Notes under the pieces: model-generated | Seen by the model: the letters and a program-made list of their open reading frames with translations, nothing else | What the model was told of the DNA's origin: nothing | Database searches by the model: none | Program-made: the position numbers and the translations under genes | Shown here: positions 1 to 10,239 of the stretch, in pieces | How positions within the stretch are numbered: the stretch's first letter is position 1 | Layout of the letters: every line of letters starts with the position of its first letter | Source of the DNA: Vermamoeba vermiformis | Lineage: Eukaryota | DNA: 21,433 bases | NCBI GenBank assembly: GCA_045837725.1 | Contig: JBEWZL010000214.1 | Span: forward strand, 62,001 to 83,433 | Reading direction: 5' to 3'

Positions 1-165
1 ATAATGCGGAAATTATTTCATCATTGCTAATTAACGAAATTCGATGGGGTTTTTTGATTTATGTAATTTAATTTATGATCTAAAACTCTACCAAAAATCA
101 CAGCGATGCTTGATAGTGTCTCGATTTTATGGCGTTTATAATATTATTGCTAATTGTCAACTTAC

Positions 166-275
166 TTGTAATAACTTGGATTCCTGGATGCAGATGGCGA
201 ATGGATTTTAACCACTTGCAAATCAATATTATTGGGATTGGTCCCTTGTAAAATCGCTGCTATAGATGTTGACAT
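166..275 (-). CDS. Putative first exon of a gene running off the left edge; resembles the RPA70 N-terminal OB fold
   Basis: ATG at 275 reads MSTSIAAILQGTNPNNIDLQVVKIHSPSASRNPSYY(K), followed by a GTAAG donor at 165. The IAAIxQ...LQVxxI...PxxY(K/R) pattern matches the RPA70N start (human AIAAIMQK...ILQVINI...PPRYR). I could not find a convincing next exon in 1-160. Confidence 0.35.
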
Positions 276-334
276 GTTGTTGATACAGCAATAATGTTAG
301 TAATTTGACTTGGTGCAAACAAAAAAACCAAGGG

Positions 335-556
335 ACCTGTCAACAACCTGTCAACTCGAAACTAACATAATAGTGTTATTTACTATCATTACTAAGCACT
401 ACAATTGGTTGTGAGAGGTCGCAGGGCCATACAAAGGTAAATCATAATTATAGCTTTTATGACAGTCAACCTGACCTCCACATCCAGGTTGAACACAGAC
501 CCACGACCTTATGTACAGTGCTGTGACACTATTATAATTAATATATCACCTGTTAA
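335..556. promoter_or_regulatory. Repeated motif in the divergent spacer
   Basis: ACCTGTCAAC twice (335-344, 346-355); perfect 8-bp inverted repeat TCAACCTG (466-473) / CAGGTTGA (485-492); variant CACCTGTTAA at 547-556, just upstream of the ATG at 566. Confidence 0.35.
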
Positions 557-565
557 ATCAGCCCA

Positions 566-3003
566 ATGAGTGACAGATCTACTGGTAAGAAAATAATTTA
601 TTTAATAATTTTCGAAAATTGTTCGGGTTTTACGTAACGTCGTTTTAATACCAAATACTATAGATTCCTGGGTCGATTCCATTGATATGTCAGATATATT
701 TAATGACCATGTTGATGACACCACTACAACAGATCCTTTCGACGACGTTGACATGTCGTCGATGTTTGAAGGTATTTTTATTACGCGCAGTAATTGCGAA
801 AATTAATGATTATTTGCCTACAGATTGGGACCAAAATATAGCATTAGTTTATCAACCTCCTAACAAACGACACTATAATTCAAAGAAATCGACAGTTGTC
901 GAGCGACGCCAGCCAACTGTGAAACTTGCACGCGGTTCACGATTTGAAAACATTCAAAATGAACAATGCTGCTCACAACAATGCTTGCAATTGCTTTCAT
1001 TATCTCAATTGAAGCGAATTCGATTACCTTTTATTACCAAAAATGAAAGACAAAGGTGTGTATGGCATGTCCTTAGTATGTTGCAACTAACACTCAACAG
1101 ATCAGACTGGTTGTTGGATGTTTTGCGAGCTTCATCGATTAACAAAGGAGATGCATTAAAGATAGTATACAAGCTTGACGGTCATGTAGTGTGTCGAACT
1201 GCGTTCACGAAAGCATTGGGAATCAGCGCAACAAAACTTTCATCAGTAGTTAACTTGGTGAAAACACAAGCAGTAGTTATTGTCCCCCATGGTAATAGTC
1301 TTCGACAATACAAGACTCCTCAGCGCGACAAAGTGGAAGCCTTCATTCTTGGATTGACAAATGTATTTTTTGACGAGCAACCGGACTCTGACGAATGGCA
1401 TTGCCCAATCATCTTGAACAAAAAACTCTTATATGAAGAGCTGTTAGAACAGAATACTCATAATCCCCCTTCAAAGCAAGTGTTTTACAGCACAATTCAA
1501 CATTACCAATGGATCAAATTTCCAAAAAACACAAGGCTAGGAAAATGCGATGAATGTGTCGAGCTCAGAATGTAAGTACATATGTTTATAGCAGCAGATC
1601 TGATTCCGATGTAGAGAACTAAATCGAGCGAAAGGGGAAACAGCAGTTCGAGTGCAGCTTATCAAACAAAAGTTGCGTGATCACAACACTCTCCAAAAGC
1701 TTGAACGTCTAACTTACGACACACGAAAAACATTTGATGCTACAATTCTATGGCAGACTATCTGGGATGGCTACTCTGGAGTTTTAATCCCGCACATTTC
1801 ATGGCCAAATTTCCCAAAGAGTTGGCTTCGCTTGCCGCGTCTTCGATTACAGGTTTCGGGTGTGATCAACCATAACTTGGGAGTGAAAGAGCTGTATGTG
1901 TCTATTGCCCAGCAATTTGATCACGACAGCAACTACAGCATGAATCTACTGGCTATTCATATCTCAAAACAGCTTGCCAATGGACACTCTCTCCCTTCAA
2001 AATTAGTATTCCAATCAGACAACTGTTGGAGAGAGAACAAAAATATTTTTGTTCTTGGATTCTTTGCGGTTATCCTGCTGAAGAATCTCACAAAAGATAT
2101 CTATTTCATCTGTTTACTGCAAGGACACACACATACAGATATTGACCAGCAAAATGTCCCGTTCGCAAAGGGACTAAAGTCATATGATTTGAAGACGGGT
2201 GCAATTGAAGATGTACAGCATTACGTTGATAATTGCTATGAAGAACCCCCGTCAATCCATTATGTGTCAACAATTTGGGACCTTAAATCTTGGATAGCCC
2301 CCTATCTACCAAAGTTGCAGGGGCATACCAAACCTCACGTCTTTTGGTTAACTCGAAATGGCAATGGGCATGTCGTTATGCGCTGGCGAGACTTCACTTC
2401 GACTGGTAATTATTCCATGTTCTGTATATAATTTCCGAATTTAAACTTTCCATAGATGAGCAATGGCAAGGAGGAGAAGATGGACAACCAATCACAATTC
2501 TCACTGGGTTACCAGATGGCCAACCTCAACCAGTCAAACCGCACAAAATTGAAGATAACATAATAAGTGCGACACGTCGAACTTACGACAAATTGTCCGA
2601 AGAGGAGCAACAGTATTATGAGCACCTGTTTCAGGGAAGACAAGTGGAAGACGATGATACAGCATTAAGGTTTTTGTCAGTTCAGCTTGAACAACCTTCC
2701 ACTGTTGATTCCCCTCTTAGCTTCCTTCCGAAGCAAAAGCAGGTCAAGTGGAAATCGACAACTAAAGTAACTGTTCTGACAAAAGCAGCAGTTATTAACA
2801 ACCCTATCCAAACCAATATTCAACTTGACGAGGATGATATTGACGATTATGATGCACCAATCATCATGCAACCAAGCTCTGAGACTGCTTGGACTGCAAA
2901 GGAATTCCGAGGACTAACAACTGCCAATTACGGTCGTTCGCAACGTCAACGCTCCATTCAAAATTATGCAGAAAAACTTAACAATAACACAAACGACGAA
3001 TAA
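566..3003 (+). CDS. Sola1/DUF7869-type DDD transposase, 6 exons, apparently intact
   Basis: Exons 566-584, 664-771, 824-1055, 1101-1570, 1615-2405, 2456-3003, all GT-AG with consistent phases. Motifs: CCxxxC, VCRTAFxxxLGIS, HGN, KCDEC, IWDG, QSDNCWRENKN, GHTHTDIDQ, DLKSW, GHTKPHVF. The DNCxxENKN...GHTHxDID signature is typical of this family. Confidence 0.8.
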
Positions 3004-5581
3004 TAAAAAGTAGCATTTTTTTCTTTTTACAAAATACACTTTTAATTGTGCCGTAGTAGGTTGTTGGATCTTCGTCGTTAACGTTGATAAATACATATTT
3101 TTTGTTTATGGCGAATTTTGGCCTATCATCAGTGTATATGGGGATCGTTGCGCGGTTTATAACTGGTCTTCGCTCCCGATCTCGGCTAAAAGTTTGGTTG
3201 TTACGTTTTGCCGCCCCAAATAATTTCAGCAACTTTGAAAACTGTATCCAGTCACCACTTTCTTGATTAAAACGCTGTAAATGTCGCAGTTTTTCCTCTG
3301 GGTTAATCGGAACGAACACTGAAACAAATTAGTAAAGTCTTTCGGCAGATTTAGGACGCACCATGCCGCGATCGTTTTTCTGATGACTTAACTGCTGCAG
3401 GAATATCTAAAGTAATATCAATCCCTTCAATAACAACGGTTATTAACTTAACAACTCATAAAGTTAACGTACTGGTGGGTATTTGATTACTGGCGAGTAC
3501 AGATCCATCGATCGATGCCTCCTTCTTTAAACAAGCAACTACTCCATGATATTTCGATAATATGTCAGTCATTGCAAATGACTCTTGACCTAGTACTTGT
3601 TGTACTTCAAAGTCAGCACCAGCCAGAACGGCAGCAATTTCCGACGATGACAATCGATCCGCTGGGAGGGCAGAGGTTTGTGACTTTACAGGGGTTTCAA
3701 TCAATCTGGAGCTGTGCAGTTTTTGTTAGCTACGATAATAAAGATTTAGTACTTACTCAATAATTTCATTCACAATGTGCCAGATCTCGGTTACCGTAAC
3801 AGATGATTTGTTAACGATCCACGAACGTACACTTGAAAAGAAATTTTCGCACCAATATTCATACTAAATATTATATTAGAATTCCGTGTAACAAGTGCTA
3901 GGTTCATACCAATAACCATGGAGCGACTGGTTGCACCCAACGCTGACAACATGAAATCAAGGACGAAACTGTCAGTAATATTGCTGTATAAGTTGGTGTG
4001 GTAATGTGATTCTCTCCTAAGTTGTATTCGTGATGCTCGACTACAAATTGGCGGGTATACACTAGGAAACAGACAGATTGCCAAGCAGCGAAGATCCGTT
4101 GCTTCCATGACCACGTTTTGCTAGCAAATGCAAAATAGAAGTACTGCATCATTCGCAAGTATACAGAAAGGCCTTCCGCTAATTGGATATCACCTAGCTT
4201 GGAGTGTAACTATAAATAATATGTTAGTGAGATCCAAAAGTGAGAGTAGTTACACACGTCCGAATTGCCCAATAAGAAATCAACCCTTTGATGATACTGA
4301 GCATCTTGGTGCTTCATAATTCGAACATTAAAGCCTTCTATTACTCGTTGCAAGTCTAGTAGGGGCTGAATGATGACTGGAACTTCACCGATCATGATTA
4401 TTCGTTTTGGGTTGATAACTTGGTTGCAAATTTTCCTTCCAACGTGGAGATAATCAACAAGGGGGATAGGATGAGTAGCAGGAGCACCATAAGGCCAATC
4501 AGCAATAATAAATGGTTGTGAACTGACTTGATCACCAAAGTAGGCAGCATGTCCAGGAGCGTTGTCAGCCGAAATTGCGAAAACTTCGAAAGAGCGTTTC
4601 TGTACTTCAGACACTGCTTGTTCAAATAAGTTCTTTGTTAACTTTGTATCGTAGGTAACCTCTGTTGGTACAAGGCCAATGGGAAAGGCATGATAGCCAG
4701 GAATGAGCGGGCAGAGCAGAACGACAACAACTTGACGTGCATATTTCCAATCTTGTACAAAGGGCTTTTCAACCTCTGTATATGACCGGATTTTAAGAAC
4801 TGTTGTGTAATCCTTCATGAATGACTATCAGTTACGAGCTGTTACGAGTACAAACCTTACCGGTACAACAAAACCATGACGTGTTCTTGATGAGAAGCAT
4901 ATATTGTCATCTTCTGGCACATAAATGCCGTCTAAGCATATTAAAAAGCTTGACGAGGATATGTTGTGCATGTCAAAGTAGCGCTTGGCCTAGGATTGGC
5001 AATCGTAAGTTAACGGGTCACCAAAAATCATTTCAAGGGCATACCAGGTCAATCAATGACGAAGAAATCCCATACTCTCTTAAATATACATGCTTTGACT
5101 GACTTATTGTGGTTTTGCTTGGCAAAGGAAGAAGTTTCAGGGATCTCGATCCGCCCTGCATTTTGATTTTTTTTCCCAGTGCCAAAGATGAATGATGATA
5201 TCTAATACAATTGATTATTTTAAATAAAATATTGAGAAAATATTGTTACCTCTTCCCATGTTGGCCACGAAAATGATTCAGAACTGTGTCGATAAAGTGC
5301 CACGTCTTATTGTCCATTTCTCTTGTCTTAATTAGTAGCTTGACCATATGAAGTACATGTGCCTCAATTGACACTAGTAATTGAGAACAATCAGTAAGAG
5401 GAGCACGATACAAAGGCCGTTTGGTTACGAACCAATTGGTGCACGATCTTTGCAAATACTGGGAGCTGCAGTGTAGTGTTTTGCCAGAGCTTTTACATAA
5501 TTTTGTAGTAACCTGATTCGCAAAGAAGGTTGCCAAGGCAAGCCCTTGGTCGAAAGCCGACTTTGATGTAAATATGCAGTT
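2978..5581 (-). CDS. P-element-superfamily-like DDE transposase, catalytic portion, about 10 exons
   Basis: Exons 5581-5433, 5373-5250, 5201-5045, 4989-4861, 4824-4258, 4209-3910, 3863-3757, 3711-3473, 3406-3362, 3318-2978 splice in frame. Motifs appear in P-family order: HGKRY, LPLPSKTTI, ICLDG (D1), GFVVP, AISADN (D2), DYLHVGRKICN (cf. DxxHxxKxxRN), DAQ, GLSVYL...AF...QRIFAAW, PWLLYEYWCENFFSSVRS (E). No ATG of its own is evident, so it is probably spliced to the upstream zinc-finger exons. Confidence 0.72.
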
Positions 5582-5745
5582 CTATACTGAAGAAGTCGTC
5601 AATATGTTGCTCCAATAATGTGGATCCAGCTTCATCACACCTCACTTGTAAATTAGCAAATAGATGTAAATAGTGTAAAATACCTCCAAAAAGGTTTATT
5701 GTAGATACATGTAAATAGATGGTTCGATTTAACTATGCAAATGAA

Positions 5746-7080
5746 TTACTTTGTAGATGGCGAGAAATCGAGTTTTCCACGAGCAGTGCCTTGCTGCTTT
5801 TTGTTTTTCTTTTTTTTGTTCTTTTTATTTGAACTGTGTTGCTTAGCATCGAGATGTTCGTTAGTCTTTTGAATCTTCTTTTGCGGCTCCTCACTTTCAA
5901 TATCATCCCCACGTTCTTCATCAGATCCGTCATAATCCATTGTATCGTGGTCGCTCTGATGTCCAGTGTTATTATTAGAAAGCCCCTGGGGTCGTGCACT
6001 GATCTGGCAGGATAGACTTTTTTTGCGCAAATTAACCATACGCAGCTTACGCCTATATTATTTATTAACTATTAACTAACTACAATATTTTCATTGTTGA
6101 CTAACCCTTCATCTACTGCAAGCTCGGCTAATTTCTTGACTTTTTTCAGGGTGCAATAGTCGCGTGCACCTGTCACCTGTGTTCTAGCACAAACATAGTA
6201 AACCTTGCCAGCGACATTCATTTCGATGGCAGATTCACCACAGAAGCACATAACCTTTCCTTCCGTCTGGCTGAGTTTTGAACGAAGGATCTCAGCCTGG
6301 TGACCAAAACTTTGGCGACGCTTTACATCTTGCCTAACCCAAATTAGTTTTGTTTCTGTGTGTTAAAATTAACATACTTTTGGTCTTGCAAGGCTCGAAT
6401 ATGACTTGTTATTAAGTGTCGATAAAACTTCGCCGGACAAGCTGGTACAGGTTAGGAGACGCGGCAATGACGAAATTTTAGCTTACCAACAAAGTTCAGC
6501 TTCAGCGTTTTGTTGCAGATCTTGCAGTGCACCGATTCGAGAGTTATTACTGTAAAATCGTCTTTTCTGTTGGGCAGTGTTTCGTCAAGCATGTTTGGAA
6601 ACGGGAACTTGTCTATTATTTTGTCAGCGAGTGCTTCTGGTGTTTTGGCATTGTCTTTGCGCTGCCCTAGTTTGGCTCGCTTCGTTGGCGGCTCAACATC
6701 CGCGCCATCCGGCTCAAATTTCTTCTAAAAAGTCATCAAATTAGAAGAGAGAATACAAAATAATATTATCATTACCAGTGCACTTAGGAATGCAAAAACT
6801 AAGCCTATTACAAGCTCGCCTCGCATCTGACCTAACAGTGGGCTTTGTTCTAGAACTAGTATTGATTCTCGAGAACCCAGTTTCAGTGTTTCAAACAACG
6901 CGACTCTCGTTTTTTCAATCTCGTCTGCAGAATATGCCGTCTTTTCGGCGACTGCCAGGAACAAATCTACCATCTGATCTTGTTCGTTTAGCTTGCGCTT
7001 GTTTGTTGAAGTCTGCAGATTAAGTTAGTAATTAATTAATATCATATTATCCGATATTGCCATACTCCTTTCTCTGCCAT
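5746..7080 (-). CDS. BED-like plus GRF-type zinc-finger protein; either the N-terminal module of the P-like transposase or a separate gene
   Basis: ATG at 7080. Exons 7080-7066, 7012-6776, 6724-6487, 6441-6378, 6333-6106, 6052-5746 are in phase. They encode NLS-like KRK and PPTKRAK, VHCKICNKTLKLNFVACPAKFYRHLITSH (BED-like C2H2), CFCGESA...GKVYYVCA...DYC (GRF-like), then acidic and Lys-rich tracts. Confidence 0.7.
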
Positions 7081-7401
7081 TGCTGATCGAGACGCTACCG
7101 TGAAATTGAACAGCCATTAATCTTCGCAGAAAAGCTGGGCATCACGTGGTGTGTAATAACGCACGTGGCTCTATTTTTTCTAATTTTTTGCAAGTACCTA
7201 CGCGTGCAGAAAATTTAGTCTCAGCGAATTGGATGCGAATCTCGGAAGAAACGTACCTTCGCCAAGGCTATACCTGCCTGTAATTGATATACAATATTGA
7301 ATATTTAAATGCCGTGTGTTGATTTGAGCCCTACTGCATTTGTTATGGTGGATCGAGTTCATTGACTAAGTCTGGGCGAAGAGGAAGGCCGGACGCTCGC
7401 T

Positions 7402-7503
7402 GGTAATTTACCAATTTACCTTGGTAAATATAACCCGGTTTTGGTTACCTACCGACTTTTCAGGTAGGTAAATAAAAAAGGAGGTAAAATTTACCTTACC
7501 CAG
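7402..7503. repeat. GGTAA/TTACC inverted-repeat array, candidate transposon subterminal region
   Basis: Nine GGTAA or TTACC pentamers in about 100 bp: GGTAATTTACC (7402-7412), ATTTACC-tt-GGTAAAT (7414-7429), TTACCTACC (7445-7453) / GGTAGGTAA (7463-7471), GGTAAAATTTACC (7483-7495) and TTACC (7496-7500). Confidence 0.7.
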
Positions 7504-7577
7504 AAGTCGAACGACTATCTAATTTGCAGATGCAAAGCTTCATTAATCTCAACCTTTGTTAGCGACGCTGTAATTGT

Positions 7578-9895
7578 CTAAAAGCTACCTCCAATAAGAC
7601 CGTAGAGCCAAGAAAAAGTGCCATTTCGTTGTTTCAAATGCTCTTCAGTCACGAGCAGCGCACTGCCGTTGAATGCTCTAAGAACAAATTAAACCGTTAG
7701 TTCGATTATTCGTTCAAACTTTGCATTGATTACTTGAACACGCGGAACTCGAAGTTAATGCTGATTGGTTCATCGACGTTTGAGACCAATGAATGGGCGT
7801 GAATTGTAATCACGTTGTCATTTTCATTCGTTTTCCAAGTGCAATTGTATCGAACTCCGCTGGCCACTGATTATAATAAATTTATTATTATTTCCCAGCA
7901 CTATTCAAATATATCTTTTTTTAACTTACGTCCTATCTCACATTGTTGATGTGCGTAAAACATAATGGAATAGACTGCACTCCGTGGAATATTTCGGATG
8001 TCGTATAGTCGTAAGAAAGCGTAAGCCTCTGTAGAATCGATGTCCATTGGGCTTGGATCTTTGAGCGTTGGGCCTTTCCTTTAAAAAATACATTCAATGT
8101 TAGTGGTCAAGTTTCAGATCCAGCTCCTAAATTGCTTACCAATTAAAAATAGGAATGCTAAGCGGTATGTACTCTACTTCTTGTCGCAAAGTCAATTCAC
8201 GAATAGAATTTGTTCCTTCTAGCTCCGGTCGGCGTTCAATTTCCGCGAGTTCGTTGGCAGAAAATTTAGCATTTTTTGACAACAGCCATTCGATCAGCGC
8301 CATTGAACTGATTCTACCATTATGGAGGCATGCATGGCCTAAATTACTTTCTAATCGAATTCCGTTGATTGTGTTTTGGAGAAGCGGGTTCAATAGAGCG
8401 TTGACATCTGTCAAAGTGTCAAATAATTAAACCGTCACTTTAAACAACGTTCGTGAAGCATAATGTGGAGCTAAAAATAGCTCAATTACATCATTCATGA
8501 ATAAATTCGAATCACCCGATTACTGAACCTAAATATAGAAATAAATGTTACCTGCTCCGCGGGCAACCAGTTCGTCAAAGAATTCACCAGGATCGGCATT
8601 GTACCTGCCTCTGAACTGCGATTGCAGCAATATATCCCGTGGTAGGCAACAATGGCGTGTGTTCTACGAGGACTCGGAACTCGGGTAAATAGCAATGATA
8701 GCAACTTAATTCCAGAGGTGGCAACTAAACACAAATGAGCATTTGGAGCAATTCATAATAATATGCGATTTAATGCGTACTTTGTAATTCAATGGAACTT
8801 TTCGGTTTTTGTCAGTACAAGTGCCGGTCAAATTGAACGGATACGTCTCTTTGTGTTGAAGCAGATCCGACAAAAATTGAGCTGGCGTGCAAGATAACTA
8901 TCAGGAACATTTAATTATGGATTATAAATATTAATATGAGTAATTATGAGGCTTACCAGGCGAAATTTTGGAGCGAATGCCGAGATCTTGCTCGACAAAA
9001 TTATACGAAGCAAGATATGGCTATATTTGGATGCAAAACGCATTATCTTGTCGATTAAGCCGTCTTTTTCAATAGTTACATGCTTTGAATCAACTACTAA
9101 CTTGTTTTCAAGCGAACGGACGCTGATCCACAAAAAGCTTTGAAAATCATCGTTGTTGATGAACTTCCACTCCGCCGTACTATTTTTCTCCAGATTTTCA
9201 TATGCCTAAGTAAACTTAGCATATATCAAGCGCTTTTAATAAGTTTCAGCGGATTAACTTACTTTTACAAAATAATCGAATACGGAAACTGCGCTGCATT
9301 CAATAACGTCTTCGAAATTAATCTCGGGATCGGCAGATTTTTTTACTCGTACAAAAGGGTTTGGTGTCTTTGCAAAAATATCAGGCCCAAAGCACGCATG
9401 TAAATATGCAATATCATCGAACGCAAATGCGCGCTATCAATACAATTAATACCGTATATAATATTAATATGAATAAGCTTACCGCTTTGAGGCTTTTCTT
9501 GAACCAGTATTTGAGATCTTGTTTGAGTGTGTGATCTTGTTTTCGGAGTCTTCAATAATTTATTAGCTAATTAAATATTATTAATGGCGAAATTAATGTA
9601 CGATCTTACGGTTGTATTGTAAATTGATACATTTGTAACTCCATTTTCAAATCAATCATAAAATAGAGCTTCTTGCATGACCGAGCAAGCGTTGATTTGC
9701 TCAATATACCACTATTAATTATAATAATTTTAATAAGCTCATTGGGAAGGCCAATAAGAGTTGAGGCCGGCGTTCCAATGGCGGATTTGATGAATCCCGT
9801 TTGAGTTGTTTCTTTTTAGCAACTTCTTTTGCATCAAACTGCTTGAACTTCGAGACAAAGCTCGGTGTCGTGTTAGTGTTTTTGTTGCGCTTCAT
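7578..9895 (-). pseudogene. F-box plus ankyrin-repeat protein gene with two apparent frameshifts (pseudogene or assembly indels)
   Basis: About 10 exons. F-box-like STLIGLPNELIKII...STLARSCKKLY at about 9760-9660. Ankyrin-like PPLELSCY...FRVLVE, FFDELVARGA|DVNA and LGHACLH...LIEWLLSKNA. Stop TAG at 7580-7578. Continuity needs frame changes near the A5 run at 9813-9817 and near the (AC)n at about 8655-8662. Confidence 0.6.
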
Positions 9896-10239
9896 TTGAG
9901 TTAAAATAATGACAACTGAAATCAGCCTCAATTGTAATGTTCCAGAAAAAACAAGCCACAAAGGGGACTCGAAACGAAGTGCGTATAAAATAACTTTTGG
10001 TTAAGACTTCGGGCAATTAGACGGAAAATGGAAGTCCAAGGGTGATGCAGAGGCGGCTAGCCAGGATCAGATCCTCGTTGCTCAGCAGCCAGCCTCTGAC
10101 AACAAAAAAAAAGTGAGTTTGGTCCCAAATATGACGAGATTAATGACATGCAGAGCAAAACGCCCACTGTCACAATGTCAACAGGAAATATTTTGCTACC
10201 GTGCATTTTTTATCTATTTTTGACCGCAGGAACCACAGA

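Larger units (their letters stand above)
1..7520. mobile_element. Candidate large composite DNA transposon; right part only, left end outside the window
   Basis: Two transposase genes and a zinc-finger module are packed with overlapping or short spacers. The block ends in an inverted-repeat array just before the 3' end of a host-type gene at 7578. No matching TIR pair or TSD is visible in the window. Confidence 0.45.

Noticed and set aside
739-762. TCGACGAC/GTCGTCGA inverted repeat
   Set aside because: Lies in a coding exon of Asp/Ser codons; probably chance.
682-823. N-terminus of the listed 297-aa ORF (MICQIY...)
   Set aside because: Wrong frame plus intron read-through; the spliced model starts at 566.
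3084-5102. Short + strand ORFs (3084, 3515, 4128, 4821)
   Set aside because: Antisense shadows of the P-like exons, with no motifs.
1-7520. Matching TIR pair or TSD flanking either transposase
   Set aside because: None found by eye, so boundaries remain hypothetical.
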